Of a stretch of 64,000 nucleotides of DNA, positions 10,122-18,360 are shown one piece after another. The DNA is from a virus (lineage: Duplodnaviria; Caudoviricetes), in IMG/VR virus record IMGVR_UViG_3300028797_000159, positions 8,563 through 72,562 of that record; one strand, written 5' to 3'. The translations under genes were made by a program, and so were the position numbers. Below the pieces are notes generated by a model. The model saw nothing but the letters and a program-made list of their open reading frames with translations, was not told the DNA's origin and did not search any database. Position 1 is the first letter of the stretch. Each line of letters begins with the position of its first letter.

Positions 10122-10240
10122 TTTGTATCTGACAATAAATCAGAATCACTGATACAAAAATAATGCACTTTTTTGGTTTACATTATCGTTATTTTGATGT
10201 ATAATATATTTATAAATTGAATGAGAATAGACTCGTTCAA
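10122..10240 (+). promoter_or_regulatory. repeated promoter element copy 4, drives tRNA cluster
   Basis: GTATC..GATAC inverted pair, TTTACA-17-TATAAT, hairpin. Confidence 0.8.
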
Positions 10241-10405
10241 TTACATATAATAAGATTTATATATGTAACAGTGATCTTCAGGCATAAACGTTGATGATAT
10301 AACGTTCGCCCAATATGGAAGTTCCGATAAATTCCATAATATCGTATGATTCCGAAGTACAAGGAATCTTAATATTATGGTAACCTATAGTAATATAGGT
10401 AATTT

Positions 10406-10489
10406 GCTCGAATGGCGAAATTGGTAAACGCGACAGACTCAAAATCTGTTATCTTCATTGATTTGAGAGTTCGATTCTCTCTTCGAGCA
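10406..10489 (+). tRNA. trnL: tRNA-Leu(CAA)
   Basis: GCTCGAA/TTCGAGC acceptor; ACAGA-CTCAAAA-TCTGT; long variable arm; GTTCGA T-loop; no encoded CCA. Confidence 0.93.
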
Positions 10490-10493
10490 TTAT

Positions 10494-10564
10494 TCCGTGA
10501 TAGTTTAATAGTAGAACAGTGGACTTTGACTCCGCCAGTATAGGTGCAATTCCTGTTCACGGAA
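10494..10564 (+). tRNA. trnQ: tRNA-Gln(UUG)
   Basis: TCCGTGA/TCACGGA; GTGGA-CTTTGAC-TCCGC; T-loop TGCAATT. Confidence 0.88.
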
Positions 10565-10633
10565 TTTCTTTGAAAAATAAATAAAAGAAAGTTAAATATA
10601 ATGTACATCTTATGTATATTATAATTATAACAT

Positions 10634-10717
10634 GGGTGGTTTACCTAAGTGATCAACAGGTCGAGGCTGTAAACCTCGCGGCTAACGCCTTCGGTGGTTC
10701 GAATCCATCATCGCCCA
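10634..10717 (+). tRNA. trnY: tRNA-Tyr(GUA)
   Basis: CGAGG-CTGTAAA-CCTCG; variable arm; GGTTCGAATCC. Confidence 0.92.
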
Positions 10718-10721
10718 TTAT

Positions 10722-10803
10722 GCGAGAATGGTGAAATTGGTAAACACATAGCACTTAAAATGCTACGCTTTTTAGCTTGAGGGTTCGATTCCCTCTTCTC
10801 GCA
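10722..10803 (+). tRNA. trnL: tRNA-Leu(UAA)
   Basis: GCGAGAA/TTCTCGC; TAGCA-CTTAAAA-TGCTA; GGTTCGATTCC. Confidence 0.93.
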
Positions 10804-10808
10804 CTTAT

Positions 10809-10895
10809 GCTCTTGCAGCGAAATGGGCAAACGCGGCGGTTTTAATCACCGACTGGTGATAAACACCTTGAGGCTTCGAGAACTCTCCAAGAGCA
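10809..10895 (+). tRNA. atypical tRNA-like element (Leu-like, nominal anticodon UAA)
   Basis: perfect GCTCTTG/CAAGAGC acceptor, D arm, CGGT/ACCG anticodon stem, variable arm; poor T stem and pyrimidine at 37. Confidence 0.55.
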
Positions 10896-10900
10896 TTTAT

Positions 10901-11211
10901 AGCGGAGTAGCTCAGCGGTCAGAGCAGTGGTCTTAGACAATATGAGTGCCCAATAAGAAATTATTGGAGTAGAACGTCCCTAATTCAAGAAAACCCTAAA
11001 CAGATAACGCTGTAGGCAATCTTGAGCTAAAACATATAATTTAATTATATGTAAATGTGCAGAGACTATATAGGACGGTGCTAAATTCTTTTTAAGAACA
11101 TGCATAAGAAATAGTCCAGACTACAACAACTATTAATTATTATAGTTGGCTATGGAAACATAGAGTAGTAAGATAAACCATTGGTCGTGAGTTCAATTCT
11201 CACCTTCGCTA
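10901..11211 (+). tRNA. trnI: tRNA-Ile(UAU) interrupted by a group I intron (exons 10901-10934 and 11173-11211)
   Basis: joined exons give AGCGGAG/CTTCGCT acceptor, GTGGT-CTTATAA-ACCAT anticodon arm, GTGAG-TTCAATT-CTCAC T arm. Confidence 0.85.
10935..11172 (+). ncRNA. group I self-splicing intron (IC3-like), 238 nt, ORF-less
   Basis: P AATTCAAGAAAACC, Q AATCTTGAGC, R GTGCAGAGACTA, S AAGAAATAGTCC; P3 CGTCC/GGACG; P7 GACTA/TAGTC; terminal G. Confidence 0.92.
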
Positions 11212-11330
11212 TTTATAAATTTTAGTGGGACAGATGGTTGCCGCCATTTGATGAGAATCTCCAACTCATCTAACCACTAAGTTTTCTGATACGGCAATAT
11301 CAGTTTAATAAAGTTAAAACGGAGGTAACT

Positions 11331-12173
11331 ATGTGTTGCTTTAATAACGAAGAATACGTAAAGCATGATTATGTATGCGAATTCTGTAATAAGAAATTCT
11401 TTACATATAAACATGCATTTGCTTACCATGTTAATAGATGCAGTTGTAATCCTGAAAGTTCACATTACATAAAAGAACACAGCGTAACCTGCATAAAATG
11501 CGGTAATCCGTTTATAGTTAAATGCACTGATTCTCAGTTTGAAAAGGGCGCTTATCGTAAATATTGCTCTACTAAATGCAGTCAATCCAGAGTACTTACT
11601 GAAGAACAAAGAGCTAAAATTTCTAATTCGTTATATACTCATTATGGTACTTCTCCACATGAAGTAGCTTATTGTGTCTGTTGTGGAAAATCATTGTCTA
11701 ATAATAATGAATCTGGTTACTGTATAAACTGTATTCGCACACATAACAAAGAATTTAGAGAGCAATACCCATTGTCAGATGAGGTAAAATCAAAGTTGTC
11801 TGTAGCTGGCAGAAAAGGTGTGGTTAATCAAGCAGAGATAAGACGTTCTAAAAATGAAATTGCTTTTTGCAATTTGTGTGAACAGTACTTTTCCAATGTA
11901 GAACATAATGCGCCAATCTTTAATGGGTGGGACGCTGACGTTATTATACACGATATTAAATATGCAGTGCTATGGAATGGTAAATGGCATTATGAAAAGA
12001 TCACCGCCAATCATTCTGTAGAACAAGTACAGAACAGAGATCGTATTAAAATAAATGAGATCATTAAATATGGTTATACACCATACATTATAAAAGATGT
12101 AGGCAAGCACAAAGAATCATTTGTTAGAGAAGAGTTTGATAAATTTATCAAGCTAGTTTCTACAAAAGATTAG
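11331..12173 (+). CDS. free-standing putative homing endonuclease (Cys-rich zinc fingers + Vsr/DUF559-like PD-(D/E)XK domain)
   Basis: multiple CxxC; WDADVII..KYAVLWNGKWHY..RDRIK..GYTPYIIKD; inside tRNA cluster. Confidence 0.75.
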   Translation: MCCFNNEEYVKHDYVCEFCNKKFFTYKHAFAYHVNRCSCNPESSHYIKEHSVTCIKCGNPFIVKCTDSQFEKGAYRKYCSTKCSQSRVLTEEQRAKISNSLYTHYGTSPHEVAYCVCCGKSLSNNNESGYCINCIRTHNKEFREQYPLSDEVKSKLSVAGRKGVVNQAEIRRSKNEIAFCNLCEQYFSNVEHNAPIFNGWDADVIIHDIKYAVLWNGKWHYEKITANHSVEQVQNRDRIKINEIIKYGYTPYIIKDVGKHKESFVREEFDKFIKLVSTKD

Positions 12174-12203
12174 CGCAACCTGGGATCAGGACTCCGCTAT
12201 TTT

Positions 12204-12291
12204 GGAGAAATGCGATAATGGTTATTCGAGCGGATTGCTAATCCGTCATACAATTTAATTTGTATTGCAGGTTCGAGTCCTGCTTTCTCCG
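12204..12291 (+). tRNA. trnS: tRNA-Ser(GCU)
   Basis: GGAGAAA/TTTCTCC, G discriminator; GCGGA-TTGCTAA-TCCGT; long variable arm. Confidence 0.92.
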
Positions 12292-12362
12292 ATTTATTAT
12301 TCGTAGGGTATAATTATTATGATTATAACTTACATTTCCTACTTATATAATTTGGAGGATTT

Positions 12363-12620
12363 ATGGATTCAGCGAAATTTGAGCGTTCAGTTAGTGAAGT
12401 TTATCAGAATATTGATTATCTTATGGATTGTCTAGAGCATTTGAGAAAGATGTTTAATATTGCATCTAACTGTTATTATGGTGACGATAATAAATTGCAT
12501 CATACAACAGATTGTAATTTACAGGCATTAACAGATGTTGAGCAATTTGCAAAGAAAATAAGTTCACGTGCAGACATCCTACAGAATAAGATTTTTGAAT
12601 ATTCAAAATTAGCGAAATAA
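12363..12620 (+). CDS. hypothetical protein
   Basis: GGAGG RBS. Confidence 0.75.
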   Translation: MDSAKFERSVSEVYQNIDYLMDCLEHLRKMFNIASNCYYGDDNKLHHTTDCNLQALTDVEQFAKKISSRADILQNKIFEYSKLAK

Positions 12621-12666
12621 TTTAAAGCAGGGAATTTCCCTGCTTTATTTTTATAAAGAGAGTTTT

Positions 12667-13134
12667 GTGAGATTAGTTATTGTATTTTTTACTTTTTTAT
12701 TTTTACAAGTCATATGTAATACTTCATTTGCCGATTCTAGATTAAACAAATGTCTTCCATATAAAGAACAAATAATATCTATTTTAGAAAGCGAAGGCGT
12801 TTCATCGAATTATTTTTATTTAGCTGTTTGTGAAAGCAGATGTCAGATTAAAGAATCGCATAAAGGTGCAAGAGGCTTCTTTCAATTAATGCCATTTACG
12901 TTTAAAAATTATATGGATGAAAGCTGCACTGATATAGATGACATTAAATGTAATACAATTGCTGCAGCAAGATATATTAAACATCTTCAGAAGCGATTTA
13001 AAAAGATGTCTGTTTTAATAAAGGCATATAATCGTGGTGGTACAAATCTAATTAAGAAGGGCACTACAAAAGAAGCAGATGGTTTATCTCACTGTGTTAT
13101 GAAATATATAAAGCATAAAGGATCACAATTATGA
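12667..13134 (+). CDS. SLT-domain lytic transglycosylase with N-terminal signal/anchor
   Basis: AVCESRC, GARGFFQLMP, AYNRG motifs. Confidence 0.85.
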   Translation: MRLVIVFFTFLFLQVICNTSFADSRLNKCLPYKEQIISILESEGVSSNYFYLAVCESRCQIKESHKGARGFFQLMPFTFKNYMDESCTDIDDIKCNTIAAARYIKHLQKRFKKMSVLIKAYNRGGTNLIKKGTTKEADGLSHCVMKYIKHKGSQL

Positions 13135-13394
13135 AAAGAAATTTATTATTTGAATATCAGATTAAAAAATCTGAACGTAAATTTGAGGGGCGTCCTAATT
13201 TAAAAGATATTCGTGATATAAGATTAGCAACCAGTAATGCATATTATGATATACGTGAAATTATAGATAATCTTAAAAATGATCGATATACTGATATTGT
13301 TAAACGTGTATTTGGTGATGATAAGTTAAATGAATATCTTAATATCATTGATCAACTCGATGATATCGCACATAAGTTAAATGCATCTGTTTAA
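13131..13394 (+). CDS. hypothetical protein
   Basis: AAAGGA RBS; N-terminus resembles 15554 protein (RNLLFEY/RNLLLEY). Confidence 0.7.
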   Translation: MKRNLLFEYQIKKSERKFEGRPNLKDIRDIRLATSNAYYDIREIIDNLKNDRYTDIVKRVFGDDKLNEYLNIIDQLDDIAHKLNASV

Positions 13395-13437
13395 TTATAT
13401 TATTAATAAAATATCATAAACAATTAGGAATTTAATT

Positions 13438-13650
13438 ATGAAATATGTAATCACACTTTTTGCTATTATTTTAACAGGCTGTGTTTTTGTGGATAATGAT
13501 TGTCATTATGAAACAAAGTGTCAGACCTGGTGTGATTATTATTCATGTGATAATTACGGTTATTGCATTGATAAAGAATGCTGGGATGAGTGTTGGGATG
13601 AATATGTATGTGATGACTATTATGAATATAGCACAGATAAGATGGAGTAA
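13438..13650 (+). CDS. Cys-rich putative lipoprotein
   Basis: hydrophobic leader with LTGC lipobox. Confidence 0.65.
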   Translation: MKYVITLFAIILTGCVFVDNDCHYETKCQTWCDYYSCDNYGYCIDKECWDECWDEYVCDDYYEYSTDKME

Positions 13651-13652
13651 CT

Positions 13653-13907
13653 ATGAACAGTTGGATTTCTGTAAATGATAGGCTACCACCTGATTATGTA
13701 TGGGTGTTAGTTTCAGTAGTTGATTGCACAAATCCATCATTAAGATTCGTTCCTTCAATAGGAATTCATCATAATGGATGCTGGTCAACAAAAGAAAGCG
13801 ATGAATATTTTAATAATAGTGACCGTGTGTATTCTAAGAATGACTATGAAGCTACATTCAGAGTAAAAGTTACTCATTGGATGCCATTACCAAGTGCTCC
13901 AAGGTAA
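13653..13907 (+). CDS. DUF551-like phage protein
   Basis: WISVNDRLP...VTHWMPLP. Confidence 0.8.
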   Translation: MNSWISVNDRLPPDYVWVLVSVVDCTNPSLRFVPSIGIHHNGCWSTKESDEYFNNSDRVYSKNDYEATFRVKVTHWMPLPSAPR

Positions 13908-13953
13908 ATTATATAAATATAATTTAAGCACATTCAATTGAATGTGCTTTTCT

Positions 13954-14073
13954 TTTTGTATCGAATTTATTCACAAAATCCCTGATACAAAAATGATACA
14001 AAAATTTTATTTACAAACCAGAATACTTGCGGTATAATATACTCATAAATTGAATGGCAATGGTACCATTCAA
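13954..14073 (+). promoter_or_regulatory. repeated promoter element copy 5
   Basis: same architecture. Confidence 0.85.
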
Positions 14074-14170
14074 TATAATAATATCTAACTAATATTATTA
14101 TATAATATAATAAATAACTATCTATGAATTATAATTTATAGATTCTTTTAATTTATGGAGAATAAACAAT

Positions 14171-14509
14171 ATGGATAAGAAATTAGAAGCAAGAATCGCA
14201 CGTTTAGAAAGAATTATAAATCGTAAGAATGAACAGTACGATGAAATGTCTAGCGATGACGCTTGGCAGGCATTTGATAATGAATCTTCAAAATTAGTAG
14301 ATAATGCTAATGTTGCTATAGAAAAACTTAATGATGTAAAATCAGCACTTATTTCATTAGATAAAGTTACAGAGTGGGTTGATGCTGACTTATGGCACAA
14401 TCCACCAGAGATCATGAAAGAAATGGCTGCACTTGTTAGTCAAATTGAAGATTTAACCGAAAGAATAATGCTTGGTGCTGATAGGCTTGGTTTATTTAGA
14501 TTGCAATAA
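14171..14509 (+). CDS. hypothetical protein, N-terminal LEARIARLER motif
   Basis: GGAG RBS. Confidence 0.8.
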   Translation: MDKKLEARIARLERIINRKNEQYDEMSSDDAWQAFDNESSKLVDNANVAIEKLNDVKSALISLDKVTEWVDADLWHNPPEIMKEMAALVSQIEDLTERIMLGADRLGLFRLQ

Positions 14510-14530
14510 ATATATACTGTGGAGGTAATT

Positions 14531-14992
14531 ATGGATAAGAAATTAGAAGCAAGAGTTGCAAGATTAGAAAAATTATTTTTTAACAAATCGTCTAAAAATG
14601 AGGCCAGTTTTATTAGACGTATAGATCCGAGTAAATCAGTTAAATCCAATCAAGATGATTTTGTTAATGTAGACTCAATCACGTTATATGTTGATGGTGA
14701 TGATGTTGATAGTATATGCACTACTGGTTATGGCACACTTGAAGTATTAAAGCGACTTATGACTGAATTATCAGAGTATGCTAAATCAAATATAAAAGGT
14801 ATTAAAAACTCAGAATGGGATGCTTGGCTTGAGTTTAATGATATTAATGAAACTGTAGTTGGTAGATGCGATTTACCTACAATTTATACAGATTCTATGG
14901 GACGTATTGAGATTGAGCATATTCCTCGCAGAGGCTTAAGCAATGTTGATAAAATATGCTTAAATTGTTTTGATAAGTATTGCTTAGTATAA
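14531..14992 (+). CDS. hypothetical protein, N-terminal LEARVARLEK motif
   Basis: GGAGG RBS; 5' end near-identical to 14171 gene. Confidence 0.8.
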   Translation: MDKKLEARVARLEKLFFNKSSKNEASFIRRIDPSKSVKSNQDDFVNVDSITLYVDGDDVDSICTTGYGTLEVLKRLMTELSEYAKSNIKGIKNSEWDAWLEFNDINETVVGRCDLPTIYTDSMGRIEIEHIPRRGLSNVDKICLNCFDKYCLV

Positions 14993-15110
14993 TTTATTAT
15001 AGTAAAGTAATAATAAGTTATATATATATTATATCTAATATAATACTAAACCTTCCCCGCTTAGTCTTCGCGTATATGGGAAGGTATTTTTATATAAGGA
15101 GATTATAGTC

Positions 15111-15548
15111 ATGTTGAAATTTAAAAGTAAATTTCTTACAATTTTAGTAAATGCATTATTAGCAATATGGATTTTGCCTCAGTGGATTACCGGAATCTTA
15201 GGCTGGCTTATATTTAGAAATGGCAAGCTATATTATAATGAAGATGCAAAGATCCTTGTGTTAAATGTCAATAAAGGGCATTTATTCGGTAATGCTTGTT
15301 GCTCATCAGGTCCAATTATTTTTACAACGCCTGAGTGTAATGAAAATACAATTAAACATGAGACAGGTCATTCAGTTCAATCTTTAATGTTTGGATGGTT
15401 CTTTCATATAATAGTTAGCTTGCCCTCTGTAATATTATTTTGGACTAAACGAATTTTAGGAAAAGACCAATCGTGGTATCACAGCAAGTATCCTGAGTCA
15501 CACGCAGATAAACTTGGGCATGTTGATGTTTCTGTTTATGGATTATAG
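15111..15548 (+). CDS. membrane protein with HExxH motif (putative metallopeptidase)
   Basis: TM segments; IKHETGHSVQS. Confidence 0.6.
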   Translation: MLKFKSKFLTILVNALLAIWILPQWITGILGWLIFRNGKLYYNEDAKILVLNVNKGHLFGNACCSSGPIIFTTPECNENTIKHETGHSVQSLMFGWFFHIIVSLPSVILFWTKRILGKDQSWYHSKYPESHADKLGHVDVSVYGL

Positions 15549-15553
15549 TAAAT

Positions 15554-16492
15554 ATGAGAAATTTATTACTTGAATATAAAATTTTAAAATTAGAAAAGCT
15601 TATAAACGAAAGAGTTATAGAAGGTGATTTACCTAAATATTTTTATCATGGAACTTCTGCAAAATATGCAGATAACATATTAAAAACCGGTTTAGTACGT
15701 CGTAAGAATTCGAATCATGCTCTATCTAATCCAAATAAAGTTTATTTAACTACAGATATAAAATCTGCAAAATCATGGGCAAGAATGTCAAACGATAGTG
15801 ATGATTATGTAGTTTTAAAAATTGACTCTAGTTATTTAAACCCAGATTTGTTAACTGGTGATACTAATGCTATAGATCCATTTGCCAATGATAATGAATT
15901 AAGTAGCGAATTTGATTATACTTTAGATGATAATGATAAGCGATTAATTAATGATCTTATTTTTGATGATGGTGAATCAGATATATTTACTGATTTTGAA
16001 TATGCTGGCGATATTCCTGCAGACGCCATATCAGTTGAATTTAAATCAGATCCCAATTTAATTAGTGATTTAAGAAAATATATAGATAAAAAATCTTATC
16101 GTAAGTTATTAAAAGTTTGGGATGACTATAAATGGTCAGATATTGATGGTGTTACTGTTGCTTATTCACTAGCATCTGATTTATCAGATTATAATGATAT
16201 TAATAAAGTATTAAAAGCACCTGCAAAAATTCTTAATACTTTAATAGATGTTGACGATGATGATACTGTATTAACATATACTATTAACTATAAAGATAAT
16301 ATAGTTGATGTATTAGAAGCAGTTTCAAAAGTTGATGGAATAGATGATAATAATATATCATTAATATGGAAAAAGTTACCTAAAAATAAACAGAGTCAAT
16401 ATATTGAGCAAATGTCAAAATTACCGAAACATATTTTAGAAATTGGTAAACCGTTTATAGTTAAAAAATATCATAAACAATTAGGTATATAA
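15554..16492 (+). CDS. putative ADP-ribosyltransferase-fold protein
   Basis: FYHGTS...ILKTGL...VYLT...A..WA...VLKID. Confidence 0.55.
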   Translation: MRNLLLEYKILKLEKLINERVIEGDLPKYFYHGTSAKYADNILKTGLVRRKNSNHALSNPNKVYLTTDIKSAKSWARMSNDSDDYVVLKIDSSYLNPDLLTGDTNAIDPFANDNELSSEFDYTLDDNDKRLINDLIFDDGESDIFTDFEYAGDIPADAISVEFKSDPNLISDLRKYIDKKSYRKLLKVWDDYKWSDIDGVTVAYSLASDLSDYNDINKVLKAPAKILNTLIDVDDDDTVLTYTINYKDNIVDVLEAVSKVDGIDDNNISLIWKKLPKNKQSQYIEQMSKLPKHILEIGKPFIVKKYHKQLGI

Positions 16493-16569
16493 AGCAAATC
16501 CCACTGTATAGTTAAACACAGTGGGATTTTAATGTATATATTTATTATAATATTATATTGGAGGATACT

Positions 16570-17337
16570 ATGGGTAATGCTACTGCTAATAAGAATGTAT
16601 GGATTGAACAACCTTGTCCTTCACAGACAAAAAGAACGTATTATTATTCAGATGGAACAACACTAACAAAAGAAGGTGGTACTGTTGCGTGGAGGAATAA
16701 TAATGAAGGTAACCTCCGCCCAGGATCCCTTTCGTCAAATCGTATTGGTGTTGATAAAAAGAACTTTGCTGTATTCGCAACACCTGAGGATGGTCATGTC
16801 GCAAAGAAATATTTGTTATTCTCTTCAAGCAAATATAAAGACCTTACATTAAAACAAGCTATCGCAAAATATGCACCTGCTTCAGACAATAATAATCCTA
16901 CTCAATATGCAAACTACATTATGACTTCAGGTAACATCGGAGAGAAAGTAATGTCTGCATATTCAGCTGATGAGCAAAATAAAATCATGTCCGCAATGAA
17001 AGTTCAGGAAGGATATAGAATAGGAACCGAAACATGGGGTACTCACGCAAATAGCAAACCTTCTAACAAACAGACTGCAGATAATAAATTCTCTGATATA
17101 GGATATAATCAATCTGCTGCAGTTGCATATAATAAAAAGCTTTCATATTCAACAAGTAAATGGAAAACTATTCAGGATAAATTAAACTCGTATATTACAA
17201 ACGATGAAAAGTTGAATCCTGACGGTATTCCTGGAAAATTAACTGCTGACGCAGTTTATCGCGTACAGGAATCACATAATATGGAAAAGAAGGATGGTAA
17301 ATTAGGTCCTAAAACGTCAGAGCTTATAGGAATCTAA
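16570..17337 (+). CDS. lysozyme-like peptidoglycan hydrolase with C-terminal PG-binding repeats
   Basis: WRNNNEGNLR, FAVFATPEDG, YAPASDNN; DGIPGKLT/DGKLGPKT. Confidence 0.7.
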   Translation: MGNATANKNVWIEQPCPSQTKRTYYYSDGTTLTKEGGTVAWRNNNEGNLRPGSLSSNRIGVDKKNFAVFATPEDGHVAKKYLLFSSSKYKDLTLKQAIAKYAPASDNNNPTQYANYIMTSGNIGEKVMSAYSADEQNKIMSAMKVQEGYRIGTETWGTHANSKPSNKQTADNKFSDIGYNQSAAVAYNKKLSYSTSKWKTIQDKLNSYITNDEKLNPDGIPGKLTADAVYRVQESHNMEKKDGKLGPKTSELIGI

Positions 17338-17381
17338 TATTTTATAATTATATAGCGATAAATTATATTGGGAGCTATTAT

Positions 17382-17690
17382 ATGAACAATACAGAAAACA
17401 TTGAAATTTCAAAAACATTTTTAATTACTGGTATTATTTTATCAGTATTATTTGCACCTTTTGCACTTCAACGTGTATTAATTCCTGAACTTGGTAGATT
17501 AAAAGTAGTATTTATTATTGATGCTATTATTGCTACATTTGCAGTTATTAATTTTATTGCTACAATGACATTTAGTTTAAGTTTAATGAAAGTATGCTCA
17601 ATTATTGTAGCACTTTCAACAATTGCACTATGCATTGTAACTTTAATTGACATTGTTAAAATGTATAAGATGTCGCGCGTAAAAATTTAA
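17382..17690 (+). CDS. multi-TM membrane protein
   Basis: three hydrophobic helices. Confidence 0.7.
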   Translation: MNNTENIEISKTFLITGIILSVLFAPFALQRVLIPELGRLKVVFIIDAIIATFAVINFIATMTFSLSLMKVCSIIVALSTIALCIVTLIDIVKMYKMSRVKI

Positions 17691-17724
17691 ATAATAAAAG
17701 CATACCTCATGGTATGCTTTTTCA

Positions 17725-17954
17725 TTTTGTATCTGATATAATTCAGATACTATATTGATACAAATATGACCTGTAAATTTGGCACAATTTCTGCATTAGA
17801 AGATTCCATGCCAGATACAAAATTTTATTGTATCAGATAATGTTTGATAATAAATCTAAAATCCCTGATACAGTTTGATGAATTTTTCCTGTTTACAAAG
17901 AGAACCGTTTGAGGTATAATATACTCATAAATTGAATGAGAATGGGCTCATTCA
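17725..17954 (+). promoter_or_regulatory. repeated promoter element copy 6 (extended GATAC array)
   Basis: extra GATAC/GTATC boxes upstream of core. Confidence 0.85.
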
Positions 17955-17974
17955 ATAATCCTATAGAGTAAGTT

Positions 17975-18211
17975 ATGCCTACAGAAGCTGAGTCTAATCT
18001 TTATAAACAGTCTGCAACCTATAAACATTTTGAAGTAATGCATAATCTTCGTGCACTTGCCTCATGGACTGTAAATGAAAAAGCTTATAAGATAGTAACA
18101 AAAGCCATTCGTGATTTAGAGGCTCTTGATAATTGGGACTTTGGTGAAGACAGCAATGGTAAAATTCATCGTGAGTTGCTTCCGCTGTCAAATCCAGATT
18201 GGAAGGAATAA
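17975..18211 (+). CDS. hypothetical protein
   Basis: first ORF after promoter. Confidence 0.7.
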   Translation: MPTEAESNLYKQSATYKHFEVMHNLRALASWTVNEKAYKIVTKAIRDLEALDNWDFGEDSNGKIHRELLPLSNPDWKE

Positions 18212-18220
18212 ATTTGCACG

Positions 18221-18336
18221 TCGTATCGAATTGTATCGAAAATCCCTGGTACAATTTGATACGATTTTTTTGTTTACAAGCTAACAGTTTTGACGTATAA
18301 TATACCCATAAATTGAATGAGAATGGACTCATTCAA
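18221..18336 (+). promoter_or_regulatory. repeated promoter element copy 7
   Basis: same architecture. Confidence 0.85.
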
Positions 18337-18360
18337 GCTTTCCATACAAGGAGAATGCTT

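Noticed and set aside
10375-10608. minus-strand 77 aa ORF
   Set aside because: antisense shadow of tRNA genes
10809-10895. ochre (UUA anticodon) suppressor tRNA
   Set aside because: the 7-nt loop TTTAATC places TAA, not TTA, at 34-36, and TAA is the dominant stop here
10901-11211. tRNA-Met/Ile(CAU) or Ile(GAU) assignment
   Set aside because: no C available at 34; GAU would need an intron ending in A and gives poorer P1/P10 pairing
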